Source: Nymphaea colorata
Lineage: Eukaryota
Direction of reading: 5' to 3'
Length of the DNA stretch: 64,000 bases
Assembly: GCF_008831285.2 (NCBI RefSeq)
Contig: NC_045138.2
Span: 38,812,001 to 38,876,000 of the forward strand
Shown: positions 40,975 to 53,600 of the stretch, piece after piece
How the letters are laid out: each line of letters opens with the position of its first letter
Numbering within the stretch: the first letter of the stretch is position 1
Position numbers and translations under genes: made by a program
Notes under the pieces: generated by a model
What the model was told of the DNA's origin: nothing
The model's input: only the letters and a program-made list of their open reading frames with translations
Databases searched by the model: none

Positions 40975-42877
40975 TAGGGACGTTTGCTATAAAAATATCT
41001 TTCCAAATTTTTTTTTCTGACCGTTGCCCGGGCCTAGCGCTCGCAGCTCGCGTTGCCTCTTCCCTGCCGCGAGTTCTTCACCCAGCCACAGCCGCTGCGT
41101 CCTCGTCGTCCCACGCACTCTCACTCTCCTGCCACTCACCCTCATCTCTCTCTCTCGCTGCCTCCCTTGTCTGCCTCCCTGCGCCGTGTCGCTCCCTCCC
41201 GAGTCCCTCCCTACCTGTGCGTGAACGCTTGATTTTGCTGCAGACCATCACGGTGAGTCCCCCTTGTTTAGTTCTTTCCCCTTTTCTTCCACTCTGTTTT
41301 CTGCCTTTTCATTTGGCAACCCTTGAGATTCTATACGAGTGAAGGCGTTCGACGGTCCCTCTGCTTTCAGGATACATTCTTGATTCTCCTCCTTGCGCCT
41401 CCTAAGCGAGCGGATAGAGGCCTGTACGTCGAAAGGAAACATAGGGCGTGGCCTGAAAATCCATCGCAAGGCTTCCGAGTCAAGAGAAGACTTGAAATCT
41501 GCGTCCCCAAGAAATTTCGTCTGCACCGGTGTCCGCTTGTTTCTTTATAAGCCTCTATGTGGTGAGTCCCACCCGCTGCTCCTTCCCTCCCCCCTCCCTC
41601 GTGTGTGGGGTAGAAATCTTGATTTTGCTGTTGTTGAAGATAGCCTGATTTTGTTGTCGTTGATGCAGTTGGGGTCGATTGACAGACGAAGAAGAACAAC
41701 TCAGGAGATTGCTTTTCCCTCCCCTGCTCCTCCTGCTCCGTCACCTATTTTTCATCTTCTCTCATTCTCCCATACCTTCACCAAGGTCAGTTCGCTTCTC
41801 TCCCCCTTTAAAATTTTTGGTTGATTTTCCAGAAATTTAGCTCTGCCATCTTTGTTCTTTTTGTTTTCTGGTTTCCTGTCCGTGCGTGCGTGACTTGCCT
41901 TCCTTTTATCTGTTCGCTTCTTTTTGTTGTTTTGTTTTCTGCCGCCTATTTCACACGGTTCTGCAGACTTGCCTTCATTTTATCTGAATCTGTGTTCATC
42001 AGAAGCATTCATTAAGAAGCATGACAGTAGTTGATGTTGATGCCTCTTCTTGTCTTGTAACGAATATCGTGATCATATAGCAGCTTCAACTTCATCAGAA
42101 GCTGTTGCTGCACCATTTGTCGTGTCATAGCTCTAAGCTGAGATGAAACCTCATCAATTGCAGAGTTCAGCTGAGCTATCTTCTCTGTTAAGATCTTACG
42201 TGTTTTCTGCCATCAGCAGCATCAATCAGAACCCGTCAGCTCATCAAGTCTGATTTGTATTTCAGCAGAACCTTGAACTTTATTTATAAATTAAGAAGTT
42301 TTGTTGGAAAAGTTTGAAGCAGGAAAATCTTATCTCCGACTTAAGGGGCTGTTTGATGGCCTGAAAATGTGGAATTGGAAATATATTACCAGAAATATAT
42401 TTCCTGGAAAAAATGAATGGGAAAAATCTTTCCGATTCCAATTTTGGTGTGTGTGTGATTGACTGAGAAATATATTTCTATGTTTGACGAAAAAGAAATA
42501 TATTTCCAGATTTCTAGAAAATTAATTCTTAGTTTGATAATAAGGAAACATTTTTTCAGATTTACAAAAATTATAGAGAAAAGTATGCAATCAGTCATGC
42601 GTGGAAGTTTTCAGTCTTATAGGGTTTGCTAACCCAATTTGTGTTATTCAGTTCTTCATTCCAATCTATGAAAAATAAACCCAATTTATTTCCCTTGACT
42701 TAACCATAGCATGAAAATTTTCTCCATGAAAAGTAATCAACATTCCTTCTTCTTTGCCAAAAATTAGAACAAAACAATACTAGTTTCATATTAGCCAAGA
42801 ATGCAACTAAATATAACAAATATCTAACGAAGTAGCAAACATGAACAAAACAATACTAGTTTCATATCAGTACTCAC

Positions 42878-43767
42878 TTCCTATTTGCTGTTTGGGATTC
42901 ACATTGGAGAGCCAAAGAGTAAAAAGGCATCAAGTGGAGTCATGGTAACCAGCATTGCATCTCATGGTTGGCAAAGAAAGGTTAACTGGAGATGAACTAT
43001 ATGGCAAATTTTCAGTCCCCAGACAACCAAAAAGAGAAAATCAAAATCGACAAACATGAAAGAAATATAATAAGGGTAAGAAAGAAATTCAATGATGAAC
43101 AGATTAAGGTCAATAACACTCCAGAGAAGTGCATACCAGCCCAGTCAGAAGAATGTCCGTCAATAAGCTAAAGGCGTTTTGTTCAGAAAAAAATTGAACT
43201 ACTGTGCAGACCCAGGGAAGTTTGTACTCGATCAAGCTAGCAACAGTCTCCAGTAAGATCACAGATGGCACACCAGCAGAAATAGGTGAGAGAAAAAGCT
43301 GGTCCTTGAGTCGTTCCCTAAATTGAGGTAGAGGAACAAGTAAGTGTCGTTGAACTACTGATAACAATACATGTGAAGAAACTACATAACTGAAACAGAT
43401 GTCAAGTAAAGTATTTCATGAATATCTTCGTAATATAAAGTTCAAACTACTGCAATAAAAAAACACAAAACAAATATGAACATGAAAAAATATAATGACA
43501 GCCAACCATTTCAATGAGAAAAAAAATTAAGTGGGTGTGTATACATAGGCAGAAAAGTCAAGTGGCTGCAGGAGAAGGAGAGTCCTAAATTATATAGAGT
43601 CTAGACTGAGCTACTGGACCTCCTTTTAAAGAATGAAGTTTCTGGAAATATGGTGGACTTAAACATTCCTGAGTTTCATTCTCCTTTACATCGAAGAAAC
43701 AAAGATGTCACATGCGTTTGAGTGCATCCAAGCTGCTCTGATTTGAATGAGGCACACCATAGGTTCC
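42878..43767 (-). pseudogene. Decayed three-exon fragment of an unidentified protein-coding gene
   Basis: Exon-like segments 43767-43545, 43317-43137 and 42985-42878 have AG/GT boundaries with compatible phases (…SCSHLTFLPM|ERLKDQLFLSPISAGVPSVILLE…LLTGL|LTFLCQP*DAML…). In-frame stops occur in the first and third segments. Confidence 0.55.
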
Positions 43768-43824
43768 CTATAAGAGAATCACGGCAAACAGGTTTTATTG
43801 GTGACCTAAACTAAATCTTACCAT

Positions 43825-43956
43825 ACAGCATCATTCTTCTTTGCTATCTCCACCTGAAATAAGCAACTATATAAAAGAAATTGGTGAACCGAGGTTTTCG
43901 GACTTTGAGGGTCAGCATAGCTCAGGTCGGTCCACTCAAATCCAAGGACAAGGCTA
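43825..43956 (+). pseudogene. Inverted fragment copy of CAD1 exon 3 (source 9546-9673)
   Basis: ACAGCATCATTCTTCTTTGC...AAATCCAAGGACAAGGCTA matches the reverse complement of 9546-9673, with about 3 substitutions and a 4-bp GGTC duplication. Confidence 0.92.
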
Positions 43957-45742
43957 CCTCCTTTTCGTTTATAAGTTACAACCATCTCTGCCCCTAGAAT
44001 CTAGCTCCAACACTACATTTACGTCCCTTCCCCTCTTCTTCACTGCACAGACACACTTCTAACGCCACTCTGAACAAGAAAGAACCGAAGGAAACAGCAG
44101 AGCGTTCATGAAGCAGGAAGTTGTTCACATATGGTAGACACCATGACTGTAATCTCACCACAGTAAATCCTTTTCTTGTTGATTACCAATTTTCAACGCA
44201 TTCCATATGCCAACACAAGACAACGAACAGGGGGAAAAGAATGAAACATGCCGACCGAACAACCACTCTGGAGTATCCTTTCCCCGGTGGCGGGTGCGCC
44301 ACCATGGATCGTGCTTCCACTATTGATCGTGCATCGATCGAATGACCAAAATCAGATGAAAAGGGAGGCCTGGTTAGGGACATTCGGAGGCCCCGGATGC
44401 ATAGGACCTCATTCCCTCCCCTCATCTTTCCATTATATGGTAAGATGAAAGCATTCTCCTTGTCTGTGAATCTCCTTCAAGTTGCATTTTCTAGGAAATA
44501 ATCAAACCCACTACATGATCTTTGGTTACGGGTGGATCTATTTTCTAATTCACACCCGTAGTTGCATTGACATTTCCCAAGATTATCGAAGACACCTCCA
44601 AAATGGCTGAAAATCTTTGTTAGCGAGTAGCAGCTCTAGCTCATGATATCCAAGTAGGGTGAAGGTAAGCTCTTGACATGTAAATTTGTCCATAAAACTC
44701 CACCAATTTAGAAAGATGTCATATTACATTTGTAAGAGGGTGTTTGTCAACAAAAACACTAACACAGTGTTCTCTGAATTTGTCTCAAAGATTAGGATAA
44801 ATTCATGAAATACTAGAACATACGAATCCAGATTCATGGAGCACTTATGCAACGAAACATTAAGTATCTCTGCTTAAAAGCACAACAAAAGAAAAGAAAA
44901 AAAAAAACAAAACAGAAAACCTTACAGGAGTTAAAAGATCTTGCACCCAAAAAACAGATGAACTTTGGCATAAAAATTATAGTACAAAGGAATGATAATG
45001 CTTATAGATAATCAGTTTAATATGGTCTCCATTTTATTCCAATCCTTGTATAATGCAGCCAAAAAAGAGAAAATGTATACAATATTTTCCTTATAAATAA
45101 GACAAAGACAGAAGTCCAGTGATTCAAAATTCAGATCACATAATTTCCTTTTCAATTGGATCAGAAAGGCATGTGTACAGTGGAGTTCTGCAACTTACAT
45201 GATTGCAAAGACAAGGAATCAGAGATAACAGAAATAACAAAAGCGCAGGGATGCTTTTTTGAAACTAAAACAAAATGCTGCCTCCCAATTAAATTTTTCT
45301 CATAATAGATGCACACCTACCTTAACCTGCTTGGATGCAATGCGCAAAATAAGGCTCCCCACACCGCCATTTACTCCTTCCATTCCAGGACCCTCTTCCC
45401 GTTGTTTGACCAAGCAAAGTTTTATGTAGTCATAAATTGCATTCTTTTATTGGGTGAACGATGAATCTTCGAAAATTGGAAGTAAACGCTAAACCATTTT
45501 TACAGAAAAGCTGCAACCAAACTGCTTGACTTTGTTATATATTAAAAAAGAAGAAAAACATACACTACAAGAAACCCAAATCCTGTACATCCCTCCTTTA
45601 ACAGTTTTCCTTTATGTATGTATATATATATATAAAACTTATGGATTTCTTTGTTTGGATTTGGATGGAGAAATCCTCCAACATTTCACAGCATGCTGCG
45701 CCATGGAATGCATTGAGTGGTGTTTGATTGGATGGAGCTCAA

Positions 45743-45744
<2 letters not shown>

Positions 45745-45836
<92 letters not shown>
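45745..45836. repeat. (AT)46 microsatellite
   Basis: Perfect dinucleotide run. Confidence 0.97.
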
Positions 45837-45841
<5 letters not shown>

Positions 45842-46915
45842 CTGAGAGAGAGATTTAATGAGGTTGGGTGCTGTTTGATATTTGGTTTAACACTCTTCAA
45901 TTTTATCCTCGCACTGACAGAATTTGGGAAATTTTCTAGGGGTGGAAAAATCACAGGACAACTAAGCTGATCATTTTGACCTTGAGAAAACTTCTGGTAG
46001 GTGAAATGTTATTGAAAAATATTACGAAAAAAAGGAAACAATAACATCATCAATAAAAAATGGAAAACTTTAAAATGTCTTCATTTATACTGGTAATAAG
46101 CAATGGTGGAGTGGAGATACATGGGGCTGGTATGGCCCCTTGAAAATTTTCATTGGAAAGGCTCATAATCACATTATAATGACTCAAAAATTGCATGGGA
46201 TGCCCATATCAGACTTAGACTTATGACTCAAGAGCCCAGGGGCGAAGGGAGGATGGCGACATGGGCCTTGGCCACCTTCAAATTTGAAAAACTTTAAAAA
46301 TTTATGTATAAATCTAAAATTTTTTAATATATATATATATATATATATAAATTGTTGAAAATTTTTATTTCGGCTCCTGTTGGTTCCTACAACAAAAAAT
46401 TCTTAGCACCATGAAAAAAAGGAAACTTACCTTAGAAATGTTTGATTGTTAAACACCATTACTTTAAAAACAAATTAAAGTAGGCGATCGTGTGCCATGC
46501 AAGGAAAGCATCTTTGAGGCTTAGAGAGTGAGGAATGGATTGCTTGGTCCTTATTAAGAAAAGCACAAAAATATAGTTCTTTTTGAAATTATAAGTAAAA
46601 GGTAACCTCAGAAAGAGAAATTTCCCTTATACATGTTAATCCACTTTGGCAAATCTTTTTTGTGTACTCTAATACCTCTCCATCTGTTTATCTTTGCAGC
46701 GAAAAATTTACATTCTGAAACGAAACGCATATCAGAAAGTCTTTGCTAATTACACATCAATAGCCCTGTTTGGGCTTAAAGGACGCAACCGAACAGCGTA
46801 AGTCAGATATCGGATCTACTTGCTTTCGATCAATGGACCTCAATCCTTTCCTCATCCGACAGTCTCGAAAGTAGAGGGTTCATCGCTCTCTCTCTCTCTC
46901 TCTCCTGCCAGTGCC

Positions 46916-47344
46916 ATGGCATCGTCGGCCATCGAGGACATCTTCGAATCCTCCCTAAACCTCGAGGAACGCCACCTCCAGGAAGGTTACAACGAAGGCT
47001 ACAACGACGGATTGGTCTCCGGCAAGGAAGAAGGAAGGGAGGTGGGTTTGAAGGTTGGATTCGAGGTCGGGGAAGAGTTGGGTTTCTACAAGGGGTGCGT
47101 GGAAGTGTGGAAGGCAGCGTTTGAGATCTGCCCAGCTGGTTTCTCTGCTAGAGTCCAGCGGAACGTGAAACAAATGGCGGAACTGATCGAGCGATACCCA
47201 ATTCTGGAGCCCGAAAATGAAGGGGTTGAGGATCTGATGGATGCTCTAAGGACAAAGTTCAAGGCTGTCTCGGCAATGCTTTCGGTTCGTTTAGGGTACC
47301 AAGGATTCCCTGGACTGAAGGGAGAGGATAAGTCCGGGTTTTGA
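46916..47344 (+). CDS. LTO1: LTO1/ORAOV1 homolog (Yae1_N domain; adaptor for Fe-S maturation of ABCE1/Rli1), 142 aa, intronless
   Basis: ATG in a good context (GCCATGG). EDIFESSLNLEERHLQEG is followed by the G-x3 repeat GYNEGYNDGLVSGKEEGREVGLKVGFEVGEELGFYKG that characterises Lto1/Yae1. Confidence 0.88.
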   Translation: MASSAIEDIFESSLNLEERHLQEGYNEGYNDGLVSGKEEGREVGLKVGFEVGEELGFYKGCVEVWKAAFEICPAGFSARVQRNVKQMAELIERYPILEPENEGVEDLMDALRTKFKAVSAMLSVRLGYQGFPGLKGEDKSGF

Positions 47345-47648
47345 GATGGAAGGAAGTTGAGAAGACTTCCCCAATTTTTTGAATGATGCAACTTCTTAAA
47401 CGATTTATGAGTGTGTTTTCTGATGATGAGAATTATCTTTGTACCCAAGTGGAAATCTGGTTCTAATTTTGGGTGCTTGAGGTTGGTCGACGTTTTTCTA
47501 ATGTTTGGTGTGATAAAAGACGGACTTTTTTTGTTCTTATCTCTGTAAATTGATGTAGCAAATGTTAATCTGTTAAGTTGAATACTGATATGAGCGTTGA
47601 CGTAGATATATTGTATTCTACGAGTAAGTAAATAGCATTGATGGTTTT

Positions 47649-50600
47649 GGTGGGTAACATAGCACAAAGTCTATGACTTGCAGATTTGATTAGAGGTAGC
47701 ACTAAATTCTCAAACCCAAATATCCAGCGGTTATAACTTCATGTGACACCGTGGAACTAGGGAGAATCAATTCCATAAGTTGCAGTTTTATATCTTTGCT
47801 CCCAGTGTAATTTATCCTATACAGCAAACTTTTTAACTTTTAAGTACAAGAAGCCAAGCTAAGGTTGCTTTGTCTTAGTTATTTATGCCTCAACATGGTT
47901 TCAACTTTCGACATGTGATAGCAAAAATGTTCTCCAATGTAATCAAACAAAAGACAACTAAACAATGCAGTAACTAGGGTTATTCATTTGAAATGGCAAA
48001 TAATTCAATGTTCCACATTCTTGATCAGCGCAGGAAAAAACATATGTACTTAATGTTCTTGTCCTAGACGGTGAGATCTTTCTGAAATATTTGACATGTT
48101 GGTTACCTGTTCTCTAGGAGGAGGAATATGAAAAGATGGTGGAACTAGAAAATACATGAGAAAGCATAAAATAAAGAACCTTTATTGAATAAAAGAGAGT
48201 TACCAGGTTCAACTGAAATAGCTGACACAAGAGGACCATATACTCCAATATATGGAATTCCTGTAGTGCCTTTTCCAGCCCAAAAGAAGTGAATCTCTAG
48301 TATGTTATCAGTTACATTCACACTTTGAAATATTTGTACAGTAGCCTTGTTAGATCCATTGGCAGCCTTTTTTATATTGAAATCCTTTAAGTCTACCTTC
48401 CCCTGCATCTCCATTAATACAATGTTAAGTCCTAAAACTATTCGCCAAGAAAATGCTGAGCCAAATTTTTCTTACCTGAATATACACATCAAATATACGT
48501 CTCCCCAAGCTGGTATAATTCTTATCATCCGTTATAACTATCTCAGAAAAGTAAAGCTTCACTGTGTAAGGCCCATTCCACAGACATAGTCCATAATATT
48601 TGAGAGAGAGTGGAGAAATGCGTGCTGTTCTGTATAGTTCTGGGTTTGACATAGATAGTGTTGAGTTGGTGAAGACAGTGTATACATCACTGTCATCATT
48701 ATTATCCATTATAGTTCCAGTGCTGCTTAATGCCCAATTTCCTTGAGGACTTGCATAGAAAGCTGCACCACCATCTATTGCAGTATCTCCATCAAATGTT
48801 GTGTTGCCAACAGTGACTGATTGACTGCTCCCACATTTCACATGGAAAGAAGAGTCTGCAAGACAGGAAAGCAGATGATGTGAGATAAACGCTAAAGAGG
48901 CAACAACTCTGGATTTGGGCTCAAAAGAAGTACAAACAAGGAAGAAGCTTACGTCTTGGTTTTCGAGCATTGCAAGGATAATTTTTTCTCAAACAAGGAT
49001 GTATAATATGTCTGCATGAACATGAAACATGGAAAAATGTCCTCAAGAAAGGGGCATTAACTGCTATAGAAAGTTTTGAGCTTGTAGGCACAATAAGTAA
49101 CAGCAAACAGTCTAGAAAATTGATAACACAAGCCAGAAAATCAAAATGTAAAAAGAAGGCTTACTCATTTTTCAGTACTTCTGGGAAGCTCTCAACTAAA
49201 TTGCTGAAGATTGATAATTGAAATGTCAGTTGGAAACATGACAGAATGTAGAGAAATGTAAAAGTCGTAGAAAGCTGAATCATGGAGAAGCATAAATATA
49301 AGCTGAGCAGCGGGGCTTACGTTTTCCCACCCATACAATTAAGTGATGAATCAGAAGTAATGTCTGTGAAGTTGTATGACAAATCCCTACACAACATTGG
49401 AAACATCAATATGAAAGAAACACCAGATCTAAAGCAAGACAGGAGAGAAAAAATTTGTGTTTAGAAATTTCAATTTAACGGACATAAAGCAAAATTTTAA
49501 ATGGAAGTCAAAGAAATAGTAACTGATGGGTGGATGAGAGCACTGCACAGTGTGAATTTCCATATTCGTAGGTAAAGTAACCGTTCAGTGCATTTCAGTC
49601 ATAAGATATTCATTTACAGGCAATTGCTGGAGTTGCTCCTTCTTTTGTCATAGCATGTTCCTAATGATTGTTTTTTGACATCTTATTCATATTTAACCAG
49701 TTTTCATCTGATGGCCTTCGGTTGGAACCAGCTCAAGCTCAGGCATGAGTCGGTCAATATTTAATTCAGAGGCAGGCAAGCCAAAACATCGACTAGAAAG
49801 ACATGGAGACTTGAAGTGCTTTTAAACTAAAGAGAAGAATGGAATAATTAAGAAAAAAACACATACACTTCCACGCTAGTCCCCAGTATCCAACCAGGTA
49901 CAGGGCCAGATAAGCTATTGTTTGTCAGATACCTGCACCAAAAAATAAAAAAACATGCACCATTTTATCATGTTAATATTGCTAACTATTATGTTATTAC
50001 ATAGAAAAGAATCCATAAACGTTATCACTTGAAATAAGTTTACGTACACAAACTGTAACCGGGAAAGGAATTGTAAAGAGTTTGGTATTCCACCAGTCAA
50101 GTTGTTAAAGCTAGATCCCTGCAAGGAAACAAAAGCCAAGTAAGCTATGCAAGGAACAGCAGGGGATATTCTACTGAGAACCTTCAGTTTAGTTCACTTC
50201 CTTTACTAGTCATTCACTTACAGTATTCTCAAGGCCTTGAATTGACCAATATAATCAGGGATTTGACCAAATAGCAAGCAGTTCCTCAATATCCTAAACC
50301 ATATAATCACAATCTCTTAGCTGAGTCCCTTGACATGTAGAAACTGTAGATCCATAACATGAGAGACAATGTTGGAATTAAGCTCACAAGCGTGATAAGC
50401 GGTTTTGTCTGCTCAAATCAAGGAATTTTGAACTTGTTCCAAGTATGTCGCTGATCCTCCTATAATTGGTGGGATTCCAAAATTGTAAATATTGTGACAA
50501 AATTACATCAACTAAATATTGAGTAAGTTTATAAGGAAATGTACAGCTGCTCTAGATTTTCCAATTTGCTGATGCCATCTGGAATTGGACCCACCAGATT

Positions 50601-53600
50601 TTTGCCCTGGATTTCTCTGAGACAAAATCATATCAGAAAATAATTATCGAAGAAGCGCCAGTAGTTCCTGATGAAGCTGATAAAACTTACAATCTTTCCT
50701 GTTGTGTCCAGATCACAATAAAGTCCGGCAGCTGCCCAGACAACCCAGTGCCACTTATCCTACTGCAGTTCAAACAACTTTTAGTTAATTTCTTTGTTTT
50801 TCTCAGCAATTATGAGTTCCATAATTAATCAAATTTGCCATATTGCTTGGTTAATTGAATTTTCCATGATGAAACTTTATATTACATACATCATGATTTG
50901 TAAAAGAAAAACCAAAATTCATGATATAATTTTCGAGATGGAAACATATCCAAAAGGTTCCTTATCGTTTAAAGCAAGTATTTTTATCGGTCCAGGTAGG
51001 AACAATTTGCGCATGCTGCATCCACCTAAGCCAGAATCAACTGTGATATCTTCTTCCACAACAATAAAAGTTATGAAGCACTGGCAACTTTATCAATTGG
51101 GATCCACTTAGGCTAGTCACAGTACTAGGCCTGGTTGGATTAGCTTGTTAACAAGAACAATATGCTTGAATAAAAGATAATTATTTACATGCTCGAGTGC
51201 ATTAACGATGTGAATATCCATATACCTCAGCTCGTACGTGAGTTTTTTATGTGATGACTTGCCTAACAGATACAGATGTGGCTTGCCCAAATGTTTAAAA
51301 TGCAAACTGAAATCATTTTATATCATATCTTCACTTAAATTTCCACATTCATCACATAATCATGCAATGGATGGGAGAATAGATAAATGCACACAGACAA
51401 AATAGTCTCATACTCACACATATAAATCGTCTGTTTATATTCAACGCGATAATGGGTCCAATGGTTCTTCAAATTTGCAGAATTTTAGTTAGAACTTGGA
51501 AAATCATAATTGATTATTGCATTTGTGGAAAAAGAATGATTGTTGATCTTATTACATTTTCCTTATCCACTTCACCTCAACAAGGAAACAGTAGGGCCTG
51601 TAGAAGGATTCTTACTGACCATCTGTACATACCTTGGTGCAATTTGGAGCACTTGTTAATTCCTTCTGCAATACCTAGTTTACTTCATCTCAATTAGGTA
51701 AGCTTTGTCTTCTCAGTCTATTCACACTGGAAGTATAAAGAGCGGAAGTGGGATGATTATTTTACTCGAAAATAACTGATCAATTAGTAGAAGGGAAAGA
51801 AAGTATCGTACAAGTCAGTCATGTTTGTCAATTTTGCCAAAGTTTGGGGCAATTCTCCTGTAAAATTATTTGAACTGAGGACCCTGCATCCAAATTTTAA
51901 CCACTTAATGGTGAGGCATAGTAAAGGCCAAAAAAAAAAAAAAAGATTTCCGGATGGAATCTACCAACAGTAATCTTACAATCTTTGTAAATTGCTCAGA
52001 TTTCCAATATGTGGGGGTATTTCTCCAGAAAATTGATTTGCTTCAAGTGTTCTGCAGGCCCAAATCAAATAAAGTGCCAAACAAAGTGGAGTTTTAACAT
52101 TTTATGCTACCAACTTCACCAGAACCTTAAAATAACTTTGAAACCTACAGTTGCTGAAGTGTGACCATATCTCCAAGTTGTGCCGGAATAGGACCTGATA
52201 AGCGGTTACCATAGAGAGTTCTGAAGACATTTAAAAGAAAACTTAAATGAATAATGGAGACAAACAATAAAAACAAATCAACTCGCCAAATTGTTCTATG
52301 CATGATCATTTTATGCACAACGGAGTTAGGATCTTCACCATGGTAAAGTACTAATTAGCATAGCATGTTCTCATAAACCATGGTCTACCCTCTGCTTCAT
52401 GGTTAAAATAACGCGTTAGAGGACAGATGCGATCAAATTTTATTTAACGAGCTTGTAATGTTTGTTTCGGATTCCCAACTTCAAAACCTCACGACCAAAA
52501 TCTTCTTACTCTTTATAAATCACAGATCTGACAGTGTTCAACACTATATCTTTGTTCTTCAAGAAATAATCATAGACAAAACCACCTTAAACAGGAGCCG
52601 TACACAGTGCACAAAATCAGAAGCAACTTTTTAAACACAGAAACTGTTCGGGAGTACTTCAATGGAACAAAATAATTGAAGATTCAGTGTGTACAAGAAA
52701 ACGAATACGAAATGCTTAAGAGCTACAAGCAGCATCGTCAAATAGTGTACCATATCGGCCACTTTGCCAAAAGAATTACTGGGTCGATACAGGTCTAAAA
52801 TAGTTTTTTTTTTTTTTAATTATTTTGGCCTGGTCCTTATGCTTTTTAAATAAAAAACTGGGATAGGCTGATATCCAACAAGCGACACCACTTCCAATAA
52901 TGGCAACATTGACCATAAGAGGATCTCGAAGGCAGAGAGTATGAGAAACATTCTTAAACTGTGTTGCGATCGAAAAAACGCTTATACTCTCGTCCAGATT
53001 GTTTTCTAATGACAAAGCTAACTGACATTTACTTTTTTCTAGACAAGAAAAATCTAATCTGTCCAGTCTAGTTTGGTCGGAATTTCATCAGGAGGATCCA
53101 GTGATTGCGTATTTGTTAACTACCTTTTCTTAAGCGAGAGAGAAAGAGAGAGAGCGAGAGAAAGCTGAAAATCTTACAGATTGACAAGACGGAGAGCGCC
53201 CCACTCGGTAGGTATAGTACCGCTCAAATAATTGTCGGTGACATCACTGGTAGCAGCAAATACAGTAAGACGAAAAAGAAGAAAGATACAAGAAAAGAAT
53301 TGTGATGCTTAAGACAAACTAGAGCCATCATCGATAATCAAACGAAAACTGAAGATGGTAATTCGTCAAAATGGAAGAGAAAGGCTTACAACTGAGTAAG
53401 GAAGGGGAGCTCTGTTAGTTCCTTTGGAAGTGTTCCAGCCAGACCCAGTTGTCGGAGAAATCTGCGTATAGATGCTTTGACTGTTACTTGCGTGTAAACT
53501 GCTTTAAACAAATCCACATTGTATATGTAAAAGAAAGAGATCGACAGGCATTACATGCTGATAACGTGGCAGTAAGTGGTCGAATTTTGAGGGCATTCAC

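Noticed and set aside
45526..45954. ORFs with IYIYIY repeats
   Set aside because: Translation of the (AT)46 microsatellite.
46820..46915. 32-aa N-terminal extension of the LTO1 ORF in the ORF track
   Set aside because: Starts at TTG and crosses a (CT)n UTR tract; the ATG at 46916 has a good context.
40975..47648. Helitron or PIF/Harbinger identity for the 6.7-kb mosaic
   Set aside because: The left end (TTA GGGACGTTTG) resembles a Harbinger TIR and CTAA reads on the minus strand, but I found no matching right TIR, A/T target site or subterminal hairpin.
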